Origin: Pseudolabrys sp.
GTDB lineage: Bacteria; Pseudomonadota; Alphaproteobacteria; Rhizobiales; Xanthobacteraceae
NCBI GenBank assembly: GCA_036509755.1
Contig: DATCFB010000117.1
Location: forward strand, 1 to 39,070
Reading direction: 5' to 3'
Length of the DNA: 39,070 nt
Shown here piece after piece: positions 28,823 through 39,070 of the stretch. A program made the translations under genes and the position numbers. Under the pieces are notes generated by a model. That model was not told the origin of the DNA and made no database searches. It saw only the letters and a list, made by a program, of their open reading frames with translations. Positions within the stretch are counted from its first letter, which is position 1. Each line of letters opens with the position of its first letter.

Positions 28823-28967
28823 GAAGGCGCGACCGACCGCCACGGGCCGGCCGCACCTTCCGACTACTGAATAAGAGGCGCAGTGCCTATCTAGGGGCCT
28901 GTGTCGACCGGACCGGCCCGCCCGGGCAGCCGGCGGCGAGGGCGGGGCGCGGCGGCAGGAGCGATCG

Positions 28968-30295
<1,328 letters not shown>

Positions 30296-30299
<4 letters not shown>

Positions 30300-31162
30300 G
30301 ACTGATCCTGCTCGGCCCGCCGGGGGCGGGGAAGGGCACGCAGGCGCAGCGGTTGGTGACGAAGCACGGCATCGTGCAACTCTCGACTGGCGACATGCTC
30401 AGGGCTGCGGTGGCGGCGGGCACGCCGGTCGGGCTGCGTGCCAAGGCGATCATGGATCGCGGCGATCTCGTCCCCGACGAGGTCGTTGTCGCGATCATCG
30501 CCGATCGGATCCGCCAGGCGGATGCCGGACGCGGCTTCGTGCTCGACGGCTTCCCGCGCACCGTGGCGCAGGCCGAGGCGCTCGACCAGCTACTCAAGGA
30601 GCGCGGGCTCGAGCTCGATGGCGTGATCGAGCTCAAGGTCGATGAAAGCATCCTGATCAAGCGCATCGAAACCCGCGTCGCTGAGACGACGGCACGCGGC
30701 GAGAAGATCCGGGCCGACGACAATGCGGAGGCGCTCAAGAAGCGCCTGGTGGCCTATCGGGCCCAGACCGCGCCCCTGACCGACCATTACGCCCGCACCG
30801 GGCAGCTCAAGACCATCGACGGCATGGCGCCGATCGACGCCGTCACAGTGGCGATCGACGCCCTCACCAAGCCGGCTCGGTCGTCCCGGGCGCGGGCCAA
30901 GGGCCAGGCAGGCCGGCGGGCGAGCGGCGGCCGTTCGGCCAAGACCAAGACGGCCCGAGGCCGGGCCGCCAAACGGCGGGTCAAGACATCCCGGGGCAAG
31001 ACTGCTACCCGTTCCATGGCTGCCAAGAGGCGCAAGCGGGCCGCGAAAGCGCCCGCCGCTTCGCGTAAAAAGGCGGGTCGCCCGGCCGCCAAGCGGGGGC
31101 GGGCGGCGGGTCGCAAGGGAACACGCAAAAGTCGCGCCAAACGCTTGACGAGGGTGCGATGA
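30296..31162 (+). CDS. adk: Adenylate kinase (short-LID type) with long basic C-terminal tail
   Basis: [10 protein letters not shown]-loop, STGDMLR, LDGFPRT, RADD. Confidence 0.97.
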
Positions 31163-31174
31163 ATCCCCTAATAA
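31145..31174 (+). promoter_or_regulatory. Putative sigma70 promoter of the alpha operon, overlapping the adk 3' end
   Basis: TTGACG-N17/18-(C)TAATAA, about 150 nt before rpsM. Confidence 0.6.
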
Positions 31175-31325
31175 CCGGGGTATCCAGGAGTTTGGCGCGA
31201 TGCCGGGTCCCAGAGCGGCGGGGCTGGGTGTCGTGCACTGTTTTGTGCCATCCCATTGTGGGATCACACATATTCGGCGCGCTCGTCGCGGCCGGCCGGC
31301 AACAGGCTTAAGAGGAGAGAGCATC

Positions 31326-31700
31326 TTGGCTCGTATCGCGGGTGTCAATCTGCCGACCAACAAGCGCGTCGTCATCGCGCTGCAATATATTCATGGCATC
31401 GGCTCCAAGATCGCCAATGACATCATGGCCAGCCTCAGCCTGCCGATGGAGCGGCGAGTGTCGCAATTGACCGACTCCGAGGTTCTCCAGATTCGCGAAT
31501 TGATCGACCGCGACTATATGGTCGAGGGCGACCTTCGCCGCGAAGTCTCGATGAACATCAAGCGCCTGATGGATCTCGGCTGCTATCGCGGCCTGCGCCA
31601 TCGCAAGGGCCTGCCGGTGCGCGGACAGCGCACGCACACCAATGCGCGCACCCGCAAGGGTCCGGCCAAGACGATCGCGGGCAAGAAGAAGACCGCCTGA
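31326..31700 (+). CDS. rpsM: 30S ribosomal protein S13 (TTG start)
   Basis: SD GAGGAG then TTG GCT CGT ATC (ARIAGVN); [27 protein letters not shown]. Confidence 0.98.
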   Translation: MARIAGVNLPTNKRVVIALQYIHGIGSKIANDIMASLSLPMERRVSQLTDSEVLQIRELIDRDYMVEGDLRREVSMNIKRLMDLGCYRGLRHRKGLPVRGQRTHTNARTRKGPAKTIAGKKKTA

Positions 31701-31763
31701 TCGGACGCAAATTGAACTAGGCGCGCGTCGATTGACGACGCAGCGCCGCGAAAGGGATCGAGA

Positions 31764-32153
31764 ATGGGTAAGGAAGCCACCCGCGTCCGCCGGCGCGAGC
31801 GCAAGAACATCGCCTCGGGCGTCGCGCACGTGAACGCGTCGTTCAATAACACCATGATCACCATCACCGACGCGCAGGGCAACACCATTGCCTGGTCGTC
31901 GTCGGGGACCATGGGCTTCAAGGGCTCGCGCAAGTCGACGCCGTACGCCGCGCAGGTCGCGGCCGAGGACGCCGGCAAGAAGGCGCAGGAGCACGGCATG
32001 CGCACCCTCGAAGTCGAGGTGTCGGGTCCGGGCTCGGGCCGCGAGTCGGCGCTGCGCGCGCTTCAGTCGTCCGGCTTCACGATCACGTCGATCCGCGACG
32101 TGACGACGATCCCGCACAATGGGTGCCGGCCGCGCAAGCGCCGCCGCGTCTGA
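31764..32153 (+). CDS. rpsK: 30S ribosomal protein S11
   Basis: [27 protein letters not shown]. Confidence 0.99.
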   Translation: MGKEATRVRRRERKNIASGVAHVNASFNNTMITITDAQGNTIAWSSSGTMGFKGSRKSTPYAAQVAAEDAGKKAQEHGMRTLEVEVSGPGSGRESALRALQSSGFTITSIRDVTTIPHNGCRPRKRRRV

Positions 32154-32270
32154 CGATTTGGAATTCCCGTGGTGGACGCGCGCAGTCGCGCCGTCCGCCG
32201 ACCGCCTCAGATGTCCCCCACATGGCGGGTGGGTTGAGCGAGGGGCAGCCTCGCGCCGAAAGGTGAAGAC

Positions 32271-33287
32271 GTGATTCAAAAAAATTGGCAGGAACTGATC
32301 AGGCCGAACAAGCTCCAGGTGACGCCTGGCATGGACGCCGCGCGTGTCGCGACGGTCGTGGCCGAGCCGCTCGAGCGCGGTTTCGGCGTTACGCTCGGCA
32401 ACGCCCTGCGGCGCATTCTGCTGTCGTCGCTCCAGGGCGCGGCGGTGCAGGCGGTGCACATCGATGGGGTGTTGCACGAGTTCTCCTCGATTGCCGGTGT
32501 GCGCGAGGACGTCACCGACATGGTGCTCAACATCAAGGACATCGCCATCAAGATGCAGGGCGAAGGCCCCAAGCGCATGGTGGTGAAGAAGCAGGGGCCG
32601 GGCACGGTGACCGCCGGCGACATCCAGACGGTCGGCGACGTGGTCGTGCTCAATCCGGATCTCGTCCTGTGCACGCTCGATGAGGGCGCCGAGATCCGCA
32701 TGGAGTTCACCGTCGCCACCGGCAAGGGCTACGTGCCGGCCGAGCGCAACCGTCCCGAAGATGCGCCGATCGGGTTGATCCCCGTCGACTCGCTCTACTC
32801 GCCGGTGAAGAAGGTCTCTTACAAGGTCGAGAATACCCGCGAGGGCCAGATCCTCGACTACGACAAGCTGACGATGACCGTCGAGACGAACGGCGCAGTC
32901 ACGCCGGAAGACTCGCTCGCTTACGCCGCGCGCATCCTCCAGGACCAGCTCAACGTATTCGTCAACTTCGAGGAGCCGCGCAAGGCGGAGGCCGCGGAGA
33001 CGATCCCGGATCTCGCTTTCAACCCGGCCTTCCTCAAGAAGGTGGACGAGCTCGAGCTCTCGGTGCGTTCGGCGAATTGTTTGAAGAACGACAACATCGT
33101 CTACATCGGCGACCTCGTTCAGAAGACCGAGGCCGAGATGCTGCGGACGCCGAACTTCGGCCGCAAGTCGCTCAACGAGATCAAGGAAGTGCTGGCGCAG
33201 ATGGGCCTGCATCTCGGCATGGAAGTGCCGGGCTGGCCGCCGGAGAACATCGAAGAACTCGCCAAGCGCTTCGAGGACCACTACTAG
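32271..33287 (+). CDS. rpoA: RNA polymerase alpha subunit (GTG start)
   Basis: [46 protein letters not shown]. Confidence 0.99.
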   Translation: MIQKNWQELIRPNKLQVTPGMDAARVATVVAEPLERGFGVTLGNALRRILLSSLQGAAVQAVHIDGVLHEFSSIAGVREDVTDMVLNIKDIAIKMQGEGPKRMVVKKQGPGTVTAGDIQTVGDVVVLNPDLVLCTLDEGAEIRMEFTVATGKGYVPAERNRPEDAPIGLIPVDSLYSPVKKVSYKVENTREGQILDYDKLTMTVETNGAVTPEDSLAYAARILQDQLNVFVNFEEPRKAEAAETIPDLAFNPAFLKKVDELELSVRSANCLKNDNIVYIGDLVQKTEAEMLRTPNFGRKSLNEIKEVLAQMGLHLGMEVPGWPPENIEELAKRFEDHY

Positions 33288-33298
33288 GACTTACGATC

Positions 33299-33329
33299 GC
33301 CGTGGCCAGGATCTTGGCCGCGGCTTTTT
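33299..33329 (+). terminator. Intrinsic terminator-like hairpin between rpoA and rplQ
   Basis: GCCGTGGCCA-ggatct-TGGCCGCGGC followed by TTTTT. Confidence 0.6.
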
Positions 33330-33404
33330 AGGGCGAACGCAGGACGCCCACCTGCACAAAGTCCGACGAACCGTCGCGACACATCGAAGAGAAAGATCAG
33401 TTCA

Positions 33405-33833
33405 ATGCGTCACGGCAAGGTTCACCGCAAGCTCGGCAAGAAGCCCGCTCACCGCAAGGCGATGTTCGCCAATATGGCCGCGAGCCTGATCAAGCATGAG
33501 CAGATCATGACGACGCTGCCGAAGGCGAAGGAGCTTCGCCCGGTGGTCGAGAAGCTGATCACGCTCGGCAAGAAGGGTGGTCTCGCCGCCCGCCGTCAGG
33601 CGATCTCCGAAATCCGCGACCTCACGCAGGTAAAGAAGCTCTTCGAGGTTCTGGCGCCTCGCTACAAGGAGCGCCATGGCGGCTATACCCGCATCATGAA
33701 GGCGGGCTTCCGCTACGGCGACAACGCACCCCGCGCCGTGATCGAGTTCGTCGAGCGCGACGTCGACGCCAAGGGCAAGGATTCCGGGCCGGTGCAGGCT
33801 ACTGCCACCGAAGAGGGCGCGACCGCCGCGTAA
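33405..33833 (+). CDS. rplQ: 50S ribosomal protein L17
   Basis: MRHG...[33 protein letters not shown]. Confidence 0.99.
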   Translation: MRHGKVHRKLGKKPAHRKAMFANMAASLIKHEQIMTTLPKAKELRPVVEKLITLGKKGGLAARRQAISEIRDLTQVKKLFEVLAPRYKERHGGYTRIMKAGFRYGDNAPRAVIEFVERDVDAKGKDSGPVQATATEEGATAA

Positions 33834-33856
33834 TCATCCCGATATTTTCGGAATGT

Positions 33857-33886
33857 CAAAAGGGCGGCCTCAGGGCCGCCCTTCGT
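33857..33886. terminator. Terminator hairpin after rplQ
   Basis: AAAAGGGCGGCC-tcag-GGCCGCCCTT; the U-tract is stronger on the minus strand. Confidence 0.7.
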
Positions 33887-34013
33887 CGTGTTCCGCGACA
33901 CAGCGCTCGCCCCTGTGCATGACGAGACGCCGCATTGGCAGCCTTCGTCCAGGCGCGGTAACATCTTCCCCGCACGAGAAGACAAAGCCAAACGGGGCGA
34001 GGGGGAGATACCA

Positions 34014-34856
34014 ATGATCCGCACGATCGTGCTGGGTTCGGCGTTCGTCATGGCGCTGGCCGGGGCCGCGCAGGCACAGTCCGACTTGGTCAAACGCGGT
34101 GACTATCTCGTCAACACCATCATGACCTGCGGCAACTGCCACTCGCCCAAAGGCCCGCAGGGTGACATTCCGGGCAAACACTTCTCCGGCGGACTGTCCT
34201 GGGACGAGCCGCCCTTCAAGGTGACCGCGCCGAACATCACCGAGGACAAGGAAACCGGCATCGGCGCCTGGACCGACGACCAGATCAAGCACCTGCTGCG
34301 CACCGGCGAGCGCCCGAACGGCGTGCCGATTGCCGCGGTAATGCCGGTCGGCTTTTATAAAATCATCACCGACCGCGACCTCAACGCCATCGTCGCGTAT
34401 CTGCGCACGATCAAGCCGATCAAGAACAAGGTGCCGGACCCGATCTACCGCTTCCCGGCCAAGTCGCAAACCCCTCCCGGCGCCGACAATAAGTACACCG
34501 AGGCAATGATGAAGGAGCCTGTGAAGCACGGCTTCTACCTCGCCACGATCGGCCACTGCTTCGAATGCCATACGCCGATGGGACCGAAGGGCCACGACTG
34601 GAAAGCCTACGGCATGGGCGGCATGGAATTCCCCGGTCCATGGGGCAAGTCGGTGTCGCGCAACATCACCCCGAGCAAGACCAAGGGCGTCGGCGCGTGG
34701 AGCGACGCGCAGATCAAGACGGCGATCACCACCGGTGTCGACAAGGACGGCCAGCACCTCAAGCCGCCGATGGGCTTTCCATATTACGCGCATATGGCCG
34801 ATGGCGACCTGAACGACGTCATCGCCTACCTGCGCACAGTGCCGGCGAAGGATTGA
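34014..34856 (+). CDS. Periplasmic di-haem c-type cytochrome
   Basis: SD GGGGAG, ATG 34014, signal peptide ending AQA. Two CxxCH motifs (CGNCH, CFECH) in two homologous halves (NIT...GIGAW/GVGAW...AYLRT). Confidence 0.9.
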   Translation: MIRTIVLGSAFVMALAGAAQAQSDLVKRGDYLVNTIMTCGNCHSPKGPQGDIPGKHFSGGLSWDEPPFKVTAPNITEDKETGIGAWTDDQIKHLLRTGERPNGVPIAAVMPVGFYKIITDRDLNAIVAYLRTIKPIKNKVPDPIYRFPAKSQTPPGADNKYTEAMMKEPVKHGFYLATIGHCFECHTPMGPKGHDWKAYGMGGMEFPGPWGKSVSRNITPSKTKGVGAWSDAQIKTAITTGVDKDGQHLKPPMGFPYYAHMADGDLNDVIAYLRTVPAKD

Positions 34857-34860
34857 TCTA

Positions 34861-34884
34861 CCTCTCCCCGCGTGCGGGGAGAGG
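34861..34884. repeat. REP-like palindrome between convergent genes
   Basis: CCTCTCCCCGC-gt-GCGGGGAGAGG perfect 11-bp IR. Confidence 0.7.
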
Positions 34885-34893
34885 AAAGGCCTC

Positions 34894-35910
34894 TCACCAG
34901 CCCGACAGCACGACCTTGCCGATGGTGGTGCCGCTTTCGATCTGGGCGTGCGCCTTGATCAAATTGGCCGCGTTGATCGGCGCGAACTCCTGCGCCGCGG
35001 TGGTGACGATCAGGCCGCCGTCGATCATCGCCGACACTTCGTTGAGGAGCTTGTGCTGCGCGATCATGTCCGGCGTCTGGAAGATTGCGCGGGTGAACAT
35101 CGATTCCCAATGCACCGATGCCGCCTTGCGTTTGAGCGGCATGATGTCGAGCGATTTCGGATCGTCGATCAGCGCGAACTTGCCCTGCGGCGCGATGATC
35201 GCTTCGACCTGCGGAAACGAGGTTTCGGTGCCGGATATGCCGGCGATCAGCGCGACCTGCGGATGGCCGATGGCCTTGAGCTGGTCGGCCAGCGGTTTGG
35301 AGTGGTCGATCACGTGATCCGCGCCGAGCTTGAGGCACCAGTCGCGCGTCTCCTTGCGCGAGGCCGTGGCGATCACGGTCAGCGCGGTCAGCCTGCGGGC
35401 GAGCTGGATCATGATTGAGCCGACGCCGCCGGCGCCGCCGATGATAAGCAGCGCGCGGCCATCCGGAGTCTTGCCCGGCACGACGCCGAAGCGGTCGAAC
35501 AGCATTTCCCAGGCGGTGATGCTGGTGAGCGGCAGGGCCGCGGCTTGCGCGAAGGACAGTGACTTCGGCTTCCGGCCGACGATGCGCTCATCGACCAGAT
35601 GGAGTTCGCTGTTGGTGCCGGGCCGCGTGATCGATCCGGCGTAGAACACCTCGTCGCCGGGCTTGAACAGGGTTACGTCCGGGCCAATGGCCTCGACCAC
35701 GCCGGCCGCGTCGTAACCGAGGATCTTGGGCGGCTCGCCGGGCCGGGGCTGCGCGCGCATGCGCACCTTGGTGTCGACCGGATTGACCGACACGGCTTTG
35801 ACCGCGACGCGAAGGTCACGCGCGCCGGGCGCCGGTGTGTCCGTGGTGAAATCGACGAGGACGTCGGGATCGGTGACGGGGAGGGACTTCGCGTATCCGA
35901 CGGCTTTCAT
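34894..35910 (-). CDS. Medium-chain dehydrogenase/reductase (zinc-binding alcohol dehydrogenase family, quinone-oxidoreductase-like)
   Basis: AVSVNPVDTK, LGYDAAGVV, FKPGDEV, AAALPLTSITAWE, GGAGGVGS, GKVVL. No Zn-ligand Cys cluster. Confidence 0.92.
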   Translation of the reverse strand: MKAVGYAKSLPVTDPDVLVDFTTDTPAPGARDLRVAVKAVSVNPVDTKVRMRAQPRPGEPPKILGYDAAGVVEAIGPDVTLFKPGDEVFYAGSITRPGTNSELHLVDERIVGRKPKSLSFAQAAALPLTSITAWEMLFDRFGVVPGKTPDGRALLIIGGAGGVGSIMIQLARRLTALTVIATASRKETRDWCLKLGADHVIDHSKPLADQLKAIGHPQVALIAGISGTETSFPQVEAIIAPQGKFALIDDPKSLDIMPLKRKAASVHWESMFTRAIFQTPDMIAQHKLLNEVSAMIDGGLIVTTAAQEFAPINAANLIKAHAQIESGTTIGKVVLSGW

Positions 35911-36078
35911 GGGGCGGGGCTCCGGGGCGGGAAAGTGGGCGCGTTTTGCAAGGGCCGTGCCGTGTCGTATCTACTCGCCTGCCCCGCGTCGAGGAGTCGA
36001 GGCGTCAGGCCCCCGGCGGCCATCTTTCGGCCAATGCCGGGCCTATATGTGTCGCGGAGCGACCCGCCAGGACCACCC

Positions 36079-37485
36079 ATGACCCATCCCATGATCAGGC
36101 CGTTTTTCTCAGCCCTCGCCCTCGTGACCCTGCTCGCCGGCCCGGCGCTGGCGCAGGAGCGCCGCGTTCCCGCGTCCGAGGCCCAGCTGCAGATGTCCTA
36201 TGCGCCGCTGGTCAAGAAGGTCGCGCCGGCAGTGGTCAACGTCTACGCCGCCAAGGTCGTGCAGAACCGCAATCCGCTGTTCGACGACCCGATCTTCCGC
36301 CAGTTCTTCGGCGGCCGCGTCCCCGGCGGCCGTCCGCAAGTGCAGCGCTCGCTCGGCTCCGGCGTCATCGTCGATCCGTCCGGCCTGATCGTCACCAACG
36401 TGCACGTCATCGAGGGCGCCGACGAGGTCAAGGTCGCGTTGACCGACAAGCGCGAATTCGAAGCACAGATCGTGCTCAAGGACAAACGCAGCGATCTCGC
36501 GGTGTTGCGCATCAAGGATGGCAATGCGCGTTTGCCGTCGCTCGATCTCGGCAATTCGGACGCGTTGCAGGTCGGCGACGTCGTGCTGGCCATCGGCGAC
36601 CCCTTCGGCGTCGGCCAGACCGTGACGCACGGCATCGTCTCGGCGCTCGCCCGCACCGAGGTCGGCACCAGCGATTATCAGTTCTTCATCCAGACAGACG
36701 CCGCCATCAATCCCGGCAATTCCGGCGGCGCGCTGATCGACATGGCGGGCAAGCTGGTCGGCATCAACAGCGCGATCTATTCGCGCTCCGGCGGCTGGCA
36801 GGGCATCGGCTTCGCCATTCCCGCCAACATGGTGCGCGTCGTCGTCGCCTCGGCGAAGAGCGGCGGCACGGCGGTGAAGCGGCCCTGGCTTGGCGCCAAG
36901 CTGCAGGCGGTGACGCCGGAGATCGCCGAAAGCCTCGGCATCAAGCGCCCGGCCGGCGCGCTGGTTGCCAATGTGCTGCCCGGCGGGCCGGCGGCGCATG
37001 CCGGTCTTAAAGCCGGCGACCTGATCGTGTCGGTCGATGGGCAGGGCATCGACGATCCTAATGCCTTCGACTACCGCTTCGCGACGCAGCCGCTCGGCGG
37101 TTCGGCCAAGCTCGACTATGTGCGCGGCGGCAAGGAGTACGCGGCGACGGTGCCGCTCGAGACCGCGCCCGACCGGCCGCGCGACGAGATCGACATCCGC
37201 GGCCGCTCACCGTTCACCGGCGCGCGCGTTGCGAATCTTTCGCCGGCGCTCGCCGATCAGTTGCAGATCCAGAGCGGCGATAGCGGCGTCGTCATCTTGA
37301 ACGTGCCCGACAATTCCCTTGCCGGCTCCTTCGGCTTCCGGCCCGGCGACGTCATCGTCGACGTCAATGGTGCGAAGATCGAACGCACCAGCGACCTCGA
37401 AAAGGTGAGCGAAACCCAGGCGCGAAGCTGGCGCGTCACCATCCAGCGCGGCGGACGGCGAATTTCCGCGGTGTTCAGCGGCTAG
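36079..37485 (+). CDS. DegQ/HtrA (Do) family periplasmic serine endoprotease
   Basis: ATG 36079 (alternative 36091) after AGGAC, signal peptide ending ALA. Triad TNVHVI / SDLAVL / INPGNSGG, then two PDZ-like domains. Confidence 0.93.
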   Translation: MTHPMIRPFFSALALVTLLAGPALAQERRVPASEAQLQMSYAPLVKKVAPAVVNVYAAKVVQNRNPLFDDPIFRQFFGGRVPGGRPQVQRSLGSGVIVDPSGLIVTNVHVIEGADEVKVALTDKREFEAQIVLKDKRSDLAVLRIKDGNARLPSLDLGNSDALQVGDVVLAIGDPFGVGQTVTHGIVSALARTEVGTSDYQFFIQTDAAINPGNSGGALIDMAGKLVGINSAIYSRSGGWQGIGFAIPANMVRVVVASAKSGGTAVKRPWLGAKLQAVTPEIAESLGIKRPAGALVANVLPGGPAAHAGLKAGDLIVSVDGQGIDDPNAFDYRFATQPLGGSAKLDYVRGGKEYAATVPLETAPDRPRDEIDIRGRSPFTGARVANLSPALADQLQIQSGDSGVVILNVPDNSLAGSFGFRPGDVIVDVNGAKIERTSDLEKVSETQARSWRVTIQRGGRRISAVFSG

Positions 37486-37489
37486 GGAC

Positions 37490-37510
37490 GGCGGGACGCT
37501 CAGTCCCGCC
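37490..37510. other. Hairpin between the protease gene and rarA
   Basis: GGCGGGAC-gctca-GTCCCGCC, no U-tract. Confidence 0.4.
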
Positions 37511-37528
37511 TCTGGTAGAGTTCCTGTG

Positions 37529-38863
37529 ATGGCACCCCGCGGCAAAGCGAGCGGCCCGACACTGTTCGCGGCCGCCGGTCTCGACAAGGACGCGCCGCGT
37601 CCCTTGGCCGACCGGCTGCGCCCGCAAAAGCTCGACGAGGTGGTCGGCCAGGACCATCTGCTCGGGCCCGACGGTGCGCTGACGCGCATGCTGGCGACGC
37701 GCTCGCTCGGATCGCTGGTGTTCTGGGGACCGCCGGGCACCGGCAAGACCACGGTCGCGCGCCTGCTCGCGCAGGCGACCGACCTCAATTTCGAGCAGAT
37801 CTCGGCGATCTTCACCGGCGTCGCCGACCTGAAGAAAGGCTTCGAAGAAGCGCGCCGCCGCCGCGAAATAGGCCAGGGCACGCTGCTCTTCGTCGACGAG
37901 ATCCATCGTTTCAACCGCGCGCAGCAGGACAGCTTCCTGCCGGTGATGGAGGACGGCACCATCGTGTTGGTCGGCGCCACCACCGAGAACCCGTCCTTCG
38001 AATTGAACGCGCCGCTCTTGTCGCGCGCGCGCGTGCTGGTGTTCCGCTCGCTCGACCCGGCGGCGATCGAGAAGCTGCTCGCGCGCGCCGAAGAGATCGA
38101 GGGCAAGCCGCTGCCACTCGATGCCGATGCGCGCGCTTCGCTCATCCGCATGGCCGACGGCGACGGCCGCGCTTCGCTGACGCTGGCCGAAGAGGTCTGG
38201 CGCGCCGCGCGGCCGGACGAGGTGTTCGATCAGGGCAAGCTCCAGGACATCGTGCAGCGCCGCGCGCCGATCTACGACAAGGCCCAGGACGGCCATTACA
38301 ATCTCATCTCAGCGCTGCATAAGTCGGTGCGCGGCTCCGATCCCGACGCAGCGCTCTATTATCTGGCGCGCATGCTCGACGCCGGCGAGCCGCCGCTCTA
38401 TGTCGCGCGGCGCGTCGTGCGCATGGCGATCGAGGACATCGGCCTTGCCGATCCGCAGGCGCTGGTGATCGCCAATGCGGCGAAGGACGCCTTCGACTTT
38501 CTTGGCTCGCCGGAGGGCGAGCTCGCGATCGCGCAGGCCGTGCTCTATTGCGCGACGGCGCCGAAGTCGAACGCGGCTTACGCGGCCTATGGCGCGGCCA
38601 TGCGGACCGCCAAGCAGGCGGGCTCGCTGCTGCCGCCAAAGCACATCCTGAATGCGCCGACCAACCTGATGAAGGACGAAGGCTACGGCCGCGGCTATGC
38701 CTACGATCACGATCAGGAGGACGCGTTCTCAGGCCAGAACTATTTCCCCGACGCTCTGCCGCGCCAGACGTTCTACGATCCGCCGGAGCGGGGATTCGAA
38801 CGCGAAATCAGAAACCGGCTCGATTACTGGGCGAAGCTGCGCCGGGAGAGGGGTGGAGCATGA
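37529..38863 (+). CDS. rarA: Replication-associated recombination protein A (MgsA/RarA AAA+ ATPase)
   Basis: PLADRLRP, GPPGTGKT, FVDEIHRFNRAQQD, GATTENPSF, ISALHKSVRGSD, EDIGLADP. Confidence 0.96.
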   Translation: MAPRGKASGPTLFAAAGLDKDAPRPLADRLRPQKLDEVVGQDHLLGPDGALTRMLATRSLGSLVFWGPPGTGKTTVARLLAQATDLNFEQISAIFTGVADLKKGFEEARRRREIGQGTLLFVDEIHRFNRAQQDSFLPVMEDGTIVLVGATTENPSFELNAPLLSRARVLVFRSLDPAAIEKLLARAEEIEGKPLPLDADARASLIRMADGDGRASLTLAEEVWRAARPDEVFDQGKLQDIVQRRAPIYDKAQDGHYNLISALHKSVRGSDPDAALYYLARMLDAGEPPLYVARRVVRMAIEDIGLADPQALVIANAAKDAFDFLGSPEGELAIAQAVLYCATAPKSNAAYAAYGAAMRTAKQAGSLLPPKHILNAPTNLMKDEGYGRGYAYDHDQEDAFSGQNYFPDALPRQTFYDPPERGFEREIRNRLDYWAKLRRERGGA

Positions 38864-38971
38864 GTTTACCGGTTATCGCAATGCTTCTGCGCCACGACCG
38901 GCTTGCGCTCCGATCGGGGCCTTTGTCGTCCCCGGCATCAGGGGTATATTTGCGCTTTGCGGAGCAGCGTC

Positions 38972-39070
38972 ATGAATAGCAAGCTCAGCGAGGCAATCGC
39001 CAAGGCCGGTCAATTGTCGGACCAGGAGCAGGATGCTATCGCCGATCTGGTGCTCGATGCCATCGAGCAT
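38972..39070 (+). CDS. 3'-truncated small hypothetical protein (possible addiction-module antitoxin-like)
   Basis: SD GGAG, ATG 38972, MNSKLSEAIAKAGQLSDQEQDAIADLVLDAIEH, open to the window edge. Not in the ORF track. Confidence 0.55.
   Translation, partial: MNSKLSEAIAKAGQLSDQEQDAIADLVLDAIEH

Noticed and set aside
36790-36825. DegQ GGWQGIGFAIP where Ser is more usual than Trp
   Set aside because: A single-base difference (TCG/TGG) with the catalytic triad intact; cannot be told apart from a polymorphism or sequencing error.

Overview
This GC-rich window is alphaproteobacterial, most likely Hyphomicrobiales/Rhizobiales; a Bradyrhizobium/Xanthobacteraceae-like lineage is an inference from protein signatures and gene order. 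Most of it is the core transcription/translation supercluster on the + strand: tRNA-Trp-secE-nusG-rplKA-rplJL-rpoBC, rpsL-rpsG-fusA-tuf, the S10 and spc ribosomal protein genes, secY-adk, and rpsM-rpsK-rpoA-rplQ. It continues with a di-haem cytochrome c, an MDR oxidoreductase, a DegQ-like protease, rarA and a small truncated ORF. The first ~540 bp look like the right end of an element integrated in tRNA-Gly(TCC): a 3' tRNA half starting exactly at the anticodon loop, preceded by an AT-richer UDG-fold-like gene fragment. I found no convincing novel multi-gene system. The most notable oddities are a 97-aa acid-free basic tail on Adk, a ~50-aa Lys/Ala/Pro insertion in uL5, a 3-residue deletion in the conserved uL2 HPHGGGEG loop, a Glu codon-usage shift around fusA/tuf (possible mosaic or chimeric assembly), a terminator-like hairpin between rpoA and rplQ, and several small palindromic elements. 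All coordinates and counts were done by hand.
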